A stretch of 64,000 nucleotides of DNA from a virus, in the IMG/VR virus record IMGVR_UViG_3300025121_000045, positions 1-64,000 of that record. One strand, given 5' to 3'. The notes under the pieces are model-generated. The model made no database searches. It saw nothing but the letters and a program-made list of their open reading frames with translations, and was not told where the DNA came from. Position numbers and translations under genes: made by a program. Below, one piece after another: positions 35,762 to 44,311 of the stretch (position 1 is its first letter; every line of letters begins with the position of its first letter).

Positions 35762-36733
35762 ATGAAAATCCTCAGTCTTTTAGAAAAAATCAACAAAGAA
35801 GATATGAAAATATCTGAACAAGAGATCTTAGCTCCTGTTCAGATAGGGTCTGCTTTCATACAAACAAAAGTAGCAAACATGATTAGAAAGTTTGCTATCT
35901 CCGAACAAAGATCCTCTGGTATCAAAATATTCAAAGCTACAGATTATGAAAATGCTTCCTATATAAGAGAAGCCTCTGAAGGTGAGATAAGATCTTATTT
36001 GGATATATTACCTAAGATTATACTCATACTCCTATACCAACAGGATGGATGTTGGTATGCATTTCCGGCTCATCAAGAACAATTCAAAAGGGTAGGACCT
36101 GCAACGGTAGTGTCTATACTCAATACCCACGAATCTTGTGATCGATTTGATTATGTCATAGCACGATATGATGGATATACTTTTTGGTATGATGATGTAG
36201 ACTATAGAGTTGATCCAGATAAACAAGAACATATGAGGTCTTCTTTAATGAAACAAAACTGGGGTAAAATACGTAATGTAGATGACCCCAATGTGTATAT
36301 TCTAGATTACAAAGGTCTAACACTAGAAGACTCTATAGCATACCAAATTGCAGCAAGAAGATTGATACAGGATTCAAGGTCTACCATAGAACAGAGATTG
36401 GAAAAAGATCTTCTAGATGTAAACGCGAAACTGAGCTCTGTAATAGAGAAAGGTGTTAATATAGAAGTAAAGTGGATAAACGCATCTGGACAAATATACA
36501 CTACGGTCATACAGAAGAATGATTTTAGAGTTGTAACTGCTGGTATATGTGTATCTGGTGAAGATAGAAAATTCGATTTAAAGAGCCTGGTTGGAGTAGT
36601 AAATTATGCAGAATCACATAAACACGTTGTTCGAGTTGGTCAGGGTCATATGGAAGAGGACTCTTATTTTAACGTACACCCCGAACCTAAAAATCTTGGT
36701 GATAGAGGAAACCGATGGAGAAACAGAAGATAA
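35762..36733 (+). CDS. hypothetical protein of the TROVE/ThiF module
   Basis: C-terminal VTAGICVSGEDRKFDLKSLVGV; adjacent to TROVE gene. Confidence 0.7.
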   Translation: MKILSLLEKINKEDMKISEQEILAPVQIGSAFIQTKVANMIRKFAISEQRSSGIKIFKATDYENASYIREASEGEIRSYLDILPKIILILLYQQDGCWYAFPAHQEQFKRVGPATVVSILNTHESCDRFDYVIARYDGYTFWYDDVDYRVDPDKQEHMRSSLMKQNWGKIRNVDDPNVYILDYKGLTLEDSIAYQIAARRLIQDSRSTIEQRLEKDLLDVNAKLSSVIEKGVNIEVKWINASGQIYTTVIQKNDFRVVTAGICVSGEDRKFDLKSLVGVVNYAESHKHVVRVGQGHMEEDSYFNVHPEPKNLGDRGNRWRNRR

Positions 36734-37326
36734 AAGTCAAGATTTTATTTGACTACATAAACTATGTGACTTTACCTTCCAATGACCCTCAGATAAAATT
36801 ATCAGAGTCTAGAAAAGTATCCTCTGCTGTCAAACAAATAAGTACCTTACTTCCATCTATATCATACTCTATGTTTTCGGAGATAGTGACACATCTTGAT
36901 CAGAATGGATCAACTTTTGAGTGCTATCTTTCTAGACAAATATCTACTCTCTATTTCCTTCTTAGACTAGCTCCTATAGCATCTGGAAGTTATGAAAATC
37001 GTCTAAATATCTTGGACCCTAATACTAAAGAGTTATTCCCGGAAGGTCTTCTATCTGAGGACCCTTATAAGTTGGTTGGACATTTATTAGGTAATTATTT
37101 GACAGAGTCTTGGAACTGGTACGTAGAACACGGACCATCCTTGACAGAAAGAGAAGTAATGTGTAATGGAAGGTTATATTCATTGATAGCAGAGATAGTT
37201 AGGATTTATGGATCTGGGACATGGCCTTTCTTTTATCATTTTGAATCATCAGATCATGTAGATAATATGCTTAAACTTATTGAGGAGAATAATGGACGTA
37301 TTCCCGTCCCGACTAGGGAGAATTGA
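36715..37326 (+). CDS. hypothetical protein
   Basis: 203 aa ORF, GAGG SD. Confidence 0.65.
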   Translation: MEKQKIKVKILFDYINYVTLPSNDPQIKLSESRKVSSAVKQISTLLPSISYSMFSEIVTHLDQNGSTFECYLSRQISTLYFLLRLAPIASGSYENRLNILDPNTKELFPEGLLSEDPYKLVGHLLGNYLTESWNWYVEHGPSLTEREVMCNGRLYSLIAEIVRIYGSGTWPFFYHFESSDHVDNMLKLIEENNGRIPVPTREN

Positions 37327-37852
37327 AATAATATGTGGACCTATGTTTTCTGGGAAAACTTCAGAGTTAATACGTAGAATAGAAAGAGCACTTTTTGCAA
37401 AACAAAAAGTCTTATTCTTCAGTAAAGACACCAGAAACAGTAAGGGTAAAATAAAAACTCACTCTGGAAGATTTTTTAACGTCACCTACGTAGACAGTGC
37501 GGAAGATATATTACAAAAAGTAACGACAGAAACAGAAGTAATAGGTATCGACGAAGGACAATTCTTTGGATCTGGATTATGTGACGTATGTATGCAACTT
37601 TCAGATGAAGGGAAAAGGGTCATCATAACGTGTTTAGACCAGGACTCAGAAAATAGACCTTTTGAAAATATTCTAAACTTATTGGCTCAAGCTGAATACG
37701 TAGACAAATTATCTGCTATATGTGAATGTGGAGACCCAGCCACTAGAACATATCGATTAATAGAATCAACCGAACGTATATTAGAAGGGTCTGAAGACTT
37801 GTACACCCCTCTTTGTCGTCATTGTTATCTCCTCAGAAAAAGAAATCTATAG
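37292..37852 (+). CDS. tdk: thymidine kinase
   Basis: GPMFSGKTSEL, IDEGQFF, KLSAIC.CG, Y.PLCRHC. Confidence 0.95.
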   Translation: MDVFPSRLGRIEIICGPMFSGKTSELIRRIERALFAKQKVLFFSKDTRNSKGKIKTHSGRFFNVTYVDSAEDILQKVTTETEVIGIDEGQFFGSGLCDVCMQLSDEGKRVIITCLDQDSENRPFENILNLLAQAEYVDKLSAICECGDPATRTYRLIESTERILEGSEDLYTPLCRHCYLLRKRNL

Positions 37853-37894
37853 CTCATCCTACACTATTAATCTCCTCTGTTAGTTTCATAGCCT

Positions 37895-38407
37895 ATGAAC
37901 ACCCCTTATGATAACATACTAGATCTTCTCTTAGAGGATCTCCCTTTTAGAGAACAGATGAAGAATATGTCTAAAGAAGAAATAGATAATGTCTTAAATG
38001 CTAACAGGAAAGACCGTTTCATTGAACACTATTTCCTGTTGGTGGGGCACCGTGTTGGGGATGAAATAATATGTCAAACTATTAATCCTACTACTCAAAA
38101 TGACCCTGGATGTGTCGAATTTTCGTGGGAAGACGTATGGAGACGTCACGTAGAACACAAAGATGTAGTTGGATGGCTGCATACACACCCAAAGGGTTTC
38201 TCGGGCATGTCTGGGGTTGACAAGGCCACCTTTCAGAGCTGGCTAGTAGGTATAGGCGGACCAAGATATGCCGTGATCCTATGTGACAATAAGGTTAGGG
38301 CTTGGGAGTTGGTTTTAGACGGAATTAATTTAACTTATAAAGAGTGTCTTGTCAGTATTGAAAATAAAACCACCATCATTATAAGGTTGGAGAAATGTCA
38401 AGGTTAG
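37895..38407 (+). CDS. JAB/MPN+ metallopeptidase
   Basis: E...VVGWLHTHP.....MSGVD (HxHx7Sx2D). Confidence 0.85.
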   Translation: MNTPYDNILDLLLEDLPFREQMKNMSKEEIDNVLNANRKDRFIEHYFLLVGHRVGDEIICQTINPTTQNDPGCVEFSWEDVWRRHVEHKDVVGWLHTHPKGFSGMSGVDKATFQSWLVGIGGPRYAVILCDNKVRAWELVLDGINLTYKECLVSIENKTTIIIRLEKCQG

Positions 38408-39036
38408 GTCTGTTGTGGGAAGATGAAGACTGTTACATACCTAAAACCACATTCTTTGAAGGGGGAGAACACCTTCAAAGTCAATTACCTAGTCTAATAG
38501 CCGAGACTTTTCTCACTTGTCCTGTAGGTTATTCTGCTTTTTGGAGAGAACTTCTAGTTAACAGACCCAAAAATGTAGAACTGGATTTATGGGAAAGAAC
38601 TAAAGTTGGTGACGTTATTTTGGCAGCACACCTTTATAGTGGAAAAGGTCCTGAGAGGTTTGTGTATTTTAATGGGGAGCATATGTCTAATATTGCTTCT
38701 GGTGCATTATCTCATAATGATTTAGATAGATGGAATAGAATGAATAGAATGGCATATTGCCAAGATCGTCATTCTTTTTATTTGATGTTCCACTCAGACT
38801 ATTACAAATATAATATCAACCCAACCCTAAAATCCTGGAATTTTAGACATTGGGTAAACCTAAGATATTTACAGGGTTGTGGCTTAGCTAAGATAGGAGA
38901 AAACAAATCGTATCAAGATTTATATGGGCGTACAAGTTGTGGGGTTAATGGAGTTTTCTTCATGGATGCTTTTCGAGAATATGAGCAGAATCCAGATTTA
39001 GAAATGTCCTTTTTAAATGATGGGTCAGATATATGA
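38395..39036 (+). CDS. hypothetical protein
   Basis: 213 aa ORF in operon. Confidence 0.65.
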   Translation: MSRLGLLWEDEDCYIPKTTFFEGGEHLQSQLPSLIAETFLTCPVGYSAFWRELLVNRPKNVELDLWERTKVGDVILAAHLYSGKGPERFVYFNGEHMSNIASGALSHNDLDRWNRMNRMAYCQDRHSFYLMFHSDYYKYNINPTLKSWNFRHWVNLRYLQGCGLAKIGENKSYQDLYGRTSCGVNGVFFMDAFREYEQNPDLEMSFLNDGSDI

Positions 39037-39365
39037 GTCGTAGAACCTTATTCAGTGAAAATAGAAAATACGAAGTAGCATTTGGACATGACCATGCGAA
39101 TGGGTTTTTTATCCAAGTTTGGGATTTAGAAAAAGACGCAAATGGGGATATTAAAGAAGACCCAATTGTAGATTATGATGATGGACCTTTCTTAGGTGGT
39201 TGCGATGCCAAAAAAGTAAAAGATACAGCTTTGATATATGGAGTTATCATAACGGAATCCGATCTACAGACCTCTCAAGCAAAAACTCCACGACGTGACA
39301 TGAATAAACATCCATTTGGTAAATTACTGTCTGTTTGGCTGAAAGAAGGCTTAAATCATGAGTAA
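39033..39365 (+). CDS. hypothetical protein
   Basis: ATGA overlap. Confidence 0.65.
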   Translation: MSRRTLFSENRKYEVAFGHDHANGFFIQVWDLEKDANGDIKEDPIVDYDDGPFLGGCDAKKVKDTALIYGVIITESDLQTSQAKTPRRDMNKHPFGKLLSVWLKEGLNHE

Positions 39366-39990
39366 TCATAGCAAAGCATTTTTAGGTAAGGACTACACGA
39401 AAATAGAGACAATATCCATTTTCGTATGTGGTGCTGGTGCTCTTGGATCTCATATCACTGAATCCTTAGCTCAAGAAGGATATACTCATTTATCTGTTGT
39501 GGATTTCGATCGAGTAGAAAAATCTAATGCCTGGACTCAGTTATATGGAATTCGAGACAATGGTGCTACCAAAGTACAAACATTAAGAGGTATTTTATCC
39601 AGGAAACTTGGTTTGAATATAATTATTCACGATTGCCGACTGGATGAAAAGAATGTCAATAAATTACTTCGAGGTCAAGATCTGATTATAGATGTATTTG
39701 ACAATTGGGAAAGCAGAATGTTGGTTCATGATTATTGCATGCAACATTCCATAAACTGTGTCCATGCGGGTATGAGTGAGCAGGGTTTTTCAGAAGTAAA
39801 ATGGAATGAAAGATATACTGCCCCAGATAGGGTCGAGGCACAAAAAGATTTATGCGATTATCCTCTATCGACCCCTTTAGTGAAAATAACTTCTTCTTTG
39901 CTTCATGCTGTTGTAACTCATTATGTGATAACAGGAGAAAAGATAGATAGAAGCTTCACTTTACGTGACATAACCCTACATAAATTTTAA
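39358..39990 (+). CDS. ThiF/E1-like adenylating enzyme
   Basis: GAGALG, DFDRVE.SN..TQ, K, DVFDN..SR; candidate catalytic Cys in DLCDYP. Confidence 0.9.
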   Translation: MSNHSKAFLGKDYTKIETISIFVCGAGALGSHITESLAQEGYTHLSVVDFDRVEKSNAWTQLYGIRDNGATKVQTLRGILSRKLGLNIIIHDCRLDEKNVNKLLRGQDLIIDVFDNWESRMLVHDYCMQHSINCVHAGMSEQGFSEVKWNERYTAPDRVEAQKDLCDYPLSTPLVKITSSLLHAVVTHYVITGEKIDRSFTLRDITLHKF

Positions 39991-40004
39991 CGGAGCATAT
40001 CGCT

Positions 40005-40472
40005 GTGGATGAAGAAATAGAAAAGACTTGGATGGTTATTAAAGTATTAACCCTTAAGAATAAAGAAGAAATATTAGCCATACATGAGTTGGACAGTTTT
40101 CAAATAGGGTATCTCAGAGATTTAGTTCGTTCTGATGTTAAAATAGCTACTTTTAGAAGTGACTTTGACGATGAAGACCTCAAGACTCTTTCTAAAATGG
40201 AGATGTTGTTAGACGATCTTAAAGTAGATATGAAAGATCATAGAAGTTTTAGACTTTTTTGTATGGTTAAAGGACCCGCAGGATGGGGTTTAGTTGACAG
40301 TATTTTAGATAGTGATGACCCAGAAGGACGCACCATGCAGTCTTTCAATAGAAGAGTCGATAATGGAGACTTATACATAGAAGTAGCTGAAGCAATAGAT
40401 TGGTTGAAGCCGGGTATATACCCTATCTATGACCCTAATCTAAATGTTGCAGATTCTTTTAAAGTAGATTGA
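40005..40472 (+). CDS. hypothetical protein
   Basis: GGAG SD, GTG start. Confidence 0.6.
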   Translation: MDEEIEKTWMVIKVLTLKNKEEILAIHELDSFQIGYLRDLVRSDVKIATFRSDFDDEDLKTLSKMEMLLDDLKVDMKDHRSFRLFCMVKGPAGWGLVDSILDSDDPEGRTMQSFNRRVDNGDLYIEVAEAIDWLKPGIYPIYDPNLNVADSFKVD

Positions 40473-40519
40473 AAATATTGGAAAATATATCTTGGAGATT
40501 AAGGGAAGACCACTAAATT

Positions 40520-41461
40520 ATGAATGTCAACTTGATCGTAGAAGCAGATAGACCGCCATTAACTAGACTAGAATTTGAAGAAACCTCTCCTCCTTACTCA
40601 ATAGCCGCTGATGGTTATGTAACGGGTGGGCCTTGGTATAACCCAAAAGGTCCAAGACGTAATTTCAACCATCACGAAGACGTAGATAGGCTCAGCACCC
40701 GGTCGACATCAGATCAAGTTAATATGGCCCTATGTCAGGGACTATATGAAGCTTTTAGAGTAGAGGGCATACCTACAGCACATGTACACTTCGGTGATTG
40801 CGACGAAGATGTCTGCACGACATGGACTCAGCTCAATAACCCTCATATTATACGCATTCCTTCTTTTAACAGAATTCTAAATGTTGTAGATAAGATGGAT
40901 ACTACGGCAGGTTCTTACCCTATTTTCAAAGATAGTCTTATTCTAGAAGAGACAGCTTGGATATACCAACCTTACCGACAATTTAGAAATAGTGGAGGCC
41001 TTGCACGTAGAAATTCATCTGAGTTTAAGTCTGTTATTGAAGACGTAGAAAACAGAATGTTAATGTATGTAGTAGGTAGAGGCAAGGCCATTCCTATAGA
41101 TACGAGATATGACCGTGTTGGTGGCGGTAAAGGTTGGGTAATGGTCAAAGAGATAGGGGCACAAAGTCGTATAGGTATGTTCAGTGATGGTATTGGAGCT
41201 TTTGTTTCTATACGAGATGCTAGAGAGGACCGTTTTGATTATGTTATAGGTAAGAGAAGTGAATATGACTCATTTCCTATTGGCAGAATAGCAACACGAT
41301 TAAACTTAGAAGAAAATATAACGGGTAAAGATACATGGGGTCCTTGTCAAGAAGATACTATTATATGTGGCTCTCCAAGAGTACGTGGGAGTAAGCTTAA
41401 TCCGGATAAATTGGCTTCTATAGTAGAAGATGAAGTAAAAAACTCAAAACCCGTCCAATAA
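40520..41461 (+). CDS. possible DHH-like phosphoesterase
   Basis: FNHHE, DCDED, D..AG; family assignment tentative. Confidence 0.5.
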   Translation: MNVNLIVEADRPPLTRLEFEETSPPYSIAADGYVTGGPWYNPKGPRRNFNHHEDVDRLSTRSTSDQVNMALCQGLYEAFRVEGIPTAHVHFGDCDEDVCTTWTQLNNPHIIRIPSFNRILNVVDKMDTTAGSYPIFKDSLILEETAWIYQPYRQFRNSGGLARRNSSEFKSVIEDVENRMLMYVVGRGKAIPIDTRYDRVGGGKGWVMVKEIGAQSRIGMFSDGIGAFVSIRDAREDRFDYVIGKRSEYDSFPIGRIATRLNLEENITGKDTWGPCQEDTIICGSPRVRGSKLNPDKLASIVEDEVKNSKPVQ

Positions 41462-41549
41462 TTTCGCACTCTTACCACATTATTGTAGTTTAACAAGTAA
41501 TTCTCTAAATCTAATCTAGTCACAATCGTTTTATAAAACAGGTATCACG

Positions 41550-41735
41550 GTGAGCGACACACAACAAACGTTTTTGATGAGATGTCCGCATTGTCAAAAG
41601 AATACGAACTGCATCAAACTGGAGTTACCACCAACTCCTAATAAGAAAAAGGTGAGTGGAGCACCACACGGACATAAATTCCGTTGTAAAGAGTGCAAGA
41701 TGGGTTGGACAATACCAACAGGGGGGGCTTTTTAA
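41550..41735 (+). CDS. small zinc-ribbon protein
   Basis: CPHC...C..C; promoter motif at 41503-41530. Confidence 0.6.
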   Translation: MSDTQQTFLMRCPHCQKNTNCIKLELPPTPNKKKVSGAPHGHKFRCKECKMGWTIPTGGAF

Positions 41736-41770
41736 TGCACCCAACCTAAATACAACATGAGGATAAGACT

Positions 41771-42319
41771 ATGGACCACAGTCACACGTTACTTCTAAAC
41801 AGCAGCTATGAACCTATGAGTATCATATCTTGGCAAAAAGCCATAGAGTTACTCATGGGCAACAAGGTGTATGTTCTGGAAGAGTACGATAAAGAGGTCC
41901 GATCGGCTTATCTTGTATTCAAGATTCCAGCTGTAGTTGTCCTCAAGAAATACGCCCCAGTTAAGAGCAAAGTGAAGTTCAGTCGAAAGAACATCTATCT
42001 CCGGGACGAGTTCACGTGTCAGTTTTGTGGTACTGAAGTCAAAAAACTTAAGAACGGAATCAAAGACCTCACTTTTGACCACGTTCTTCCAAGGTGTCAG
42101 GGTGGTATCACTACATGGACCAACATTGTTACGGCATGTTGGAAATGTAACCATAAGAAGGGCGGACAGACGCCAGAACAGGCTAAGATGCGACTCATCC
42201 GGAAACCGGAAGTGCCAAAGTTGCTTCCTATGTTTGCCATCAGTCTTTTTGGGAAACCACACACCCCGGACCAGTGGAAGTCTTATTTGTACTGGGAAAC
42301 TGCATTGGAAGAGTCGTAA
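41771..42319 (+). CDS. HNH endonuclease (McrA-like)
   Basis: TLLLN.SYEP, RD.FTCQFCG, LTFDHV.PR..GG..TW.NIV.AC..CN..KG. Confidence 0.93.
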   Translation: MDHSHTLLLNSSYEPMSIISWQKAIELLMGNKVYVLEEYDKEVRSAYLVFKIPAVVVLKKYAPVKSKVKFSRKNIYLRDEFTCQFCGTEVKKLKNGIKDLTFDHVLPRCQGGITTWTNIVTACWKCNHKKGGQTPEQAKMRLIRKPEVPKLLPMFAISLFGKPHTPDQWKSYLYWETALEES

Positions 42320-42375
42320 CTGACTGTTTCTTAAAATTTACCTACCTCACAGGATATGACCTGTTATGTTAAACC

Positions 42376-43332
42376 ATGATGAACATAACAGGTCATATTG
42401 ATGCCATCAAATTACTCCAATCTCATTCTTCCCAACCAAGGTCCTCTTATATTTTTCATGGACCCGAGGGTGTTGGGAAATGTCATGTAGCTAAAGAATT
42501 TTTCCGATACATAGCCTGCAAGACAAAAGATATAAACTGTGACTGTAGAGATTGTCATCAATTTAAGTCTGGATCTCACCCGGACTTGAGAGTTTTATCT
42601 CCGGAGGGTAAATCCTATGGTGTGGCAGAAATACAAAGTATTTTAGAAGATGCTCAAAACTATCCAGATTCTGCCACGTATAAATTTTATGTTTTGCAAG
42701 AAGCAGACACTCTTACTCAAAATGCCGCAAATGCTTTGCTAAAAATATTAGAAGAAGGGGTAGGCAGGTCCATTTTTGTATTTTGTCTCGAAGATGAAAA
42801 TCAAATATTGAACACTATTCGAAGTAGGTCTGTATCTATAAGATACACTACATTATCAATGGACTTGATAATATCTCATTTAAGTAAATACGACCTGGAC
42901 AAAGATAAAGTAAGGTTGTGTGCAAATCTTAGTGGTGGGTCAATAGGGGTAGCTTTAGAAAATTTGAGAAGTGGTAGACTTCAGTTGAGGGATCAAGCTC
43001 TAGAGTTGTTACAATCGTTACCCAGAAAACCTTATCATCAGCTTACTCATTTTGTTAATGAACAAGAAAATCCAGAATCACTATTCTATTTGTTGAGGAG
43101 CCTTTTCACTGATTTGATATATCTGCAAGCCGGTATCAAAGATAGAGTCGCCAATTTTGATATATGTGACCAACTTCAGACAGTTTTAAAATCTTATTCA
43201 AAGGGTAGCCTCAAAACATGTATCGAAATTTTGAACGATTTATATTCCAAGCAAGCTTTGATCAAAGCCACCTTTTCTTCTCATCTAAAAATAGCTCTCC
43301 TACAAATTAAAAGGTCTGTTCAAAGTGGATAA
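42376..43332 (+). CDS. holB: DNA polymerase III delta-prime subunit
   Basis: FHGPEGVGK, C.C.DC, HPDL, AANALLKILEE, TIRSR. Confidence 0.88.
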   Translation: MMNITGHIDAIKLLQSHSSQPRSSYIFHGPEGVGKCHVAKEFFRYIACKTKDINCDCRDCHQFKSGSHPDLRVLSPEGKSYGVAEIQSILEDAQNYPDSATYKFYVLQEADTLTQNAANALLKILEEGVGRSIFVFCLEDENQILNTIRSRSVSIRYTTLSMDLIISHLSKYDLDKDKVRLCANLSGGSIGVALENLRSGRLQLRDQALELLQSLPRKPYHQLTHFVNEQENPESLFYLLRSLFTDLIYLQAGIKDRVANFDICDQLQTVLKSYSKGSLKTCIEILNDLYSKQALIKATFSSHLKIALLQIKRSVQSG

Positions 43333-44311
43333 ATTCATATCTAAAGTCAAAGGCGGTGGGTCACCACATGTGTTCCTCGTCAAAGGTGACGAACCTTATT
43401 TCCATCATCGCATATTGACAGAAGTGACTGCTCACTACAGACGTAAAGGCGTTTTGATTGAACATCTTGAGGGTACTAAAACATCTGACGCAGAGATAGT
43501 AGATGCGTTAGAGACTTCTTCACTGTTTGGAGAGACTAAATTCGTAGTGATTAGAAGTGCAGACAAGATAAAAGGTAAAGTACCTCTAATGACCGAGTAC
43601 CTTAAAAATCCATCTGAAAATACTATAACGTTATTTGAAGGTAGTGGGGGCATAGAGACACCACTAGGGAAGATGTTAGACGCGTATGCGATAACATACA
43701 TCAGTAAAGTATTAAATCCATACAAAAAAGATATAGAATCTTGGCTTATAACAGAATCCTCTAAGATGGGGTATTTGCTGCCGGAAGGGTTGGCTAAAGT
43801 AATACGTAATAACATTGGAGAGAGCCTGTTCTCTTTGCACAATGCCTTGAGAAAAGTATTGATGCACGTCGACGGTAAGGTTATAGATAAATCAGATTTG
43901 ACAGCCGTATTAAGCAGGACAGCAACTAATCCTATATTTGAGATAACGAATGCTTTTGGTGATAGAAATCTAAATAAGTCACTTCAACTGGTAGATTTAT
44001 TTTTTCATCAAGATGAAGACCCGAGCTTGATAATAGTTTCTTCTCTACTCAATTTCATTGAGAAAATGATTAATGCTAAAAGCCTTCTTGGATATGGTCT
44101 TGCGTCACAGGATGCGGCTAAAGTATTGAGTATGTCCCCTTGGTTATTTCAAGAAAAATTGTCACCCCAGTTGAAGAAATATTCGATAGATGAGTTATTA
44201 GAAGCATACATACAGATATGTGAAGTAGATATTTTGATAAAGGGCAGCAGCCTGGATAAGAAAACTATTATAGAAAACTTTTTAGTACGTATACTCGGAG
44301 AAAATACATGA
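43325..44311 (+). CDS. holA: DNA polymerase III delta subunit
   Basis: L.KGDEPY, SLFG, IFEI.NA, D.LIKGS. Confidence 0.85.
   Translation: MDKFISKVKGGGSPHVFLVKGDEPYFHHRILTEVTAHYRRKGVLIEHLEGTKTSDAEIVDALETSSLFGETKFVVIRSADKIKGKVPLMTEYLKNPSENTITLFEGSGGIETPLGKMLDAYAITYISKVLNPYKKDIESWLITESSKMGYLLPEGLAKVIRNNIGESLFSLHNALRKVLMHVDGKVIDKSDLTAVLSRTATNPIFEITNAFGDRNLNKSLQLVDLFFHQDEDPSLIIVSSLLNFIEKMINAKSLLGYGLASQDAAKVLSMSPWLFQEKLSPQLKKYSIDELLEAYIQICEVDILIKGSSLDKKTIIENFLVRILGENT

Noticed and set aside
33706-41490. Second promoter class ACT-N12/13-TGT(T)AG (33706, 37861, 41467)
   Set aside because: Too few copies and variable spacing to support by eye.
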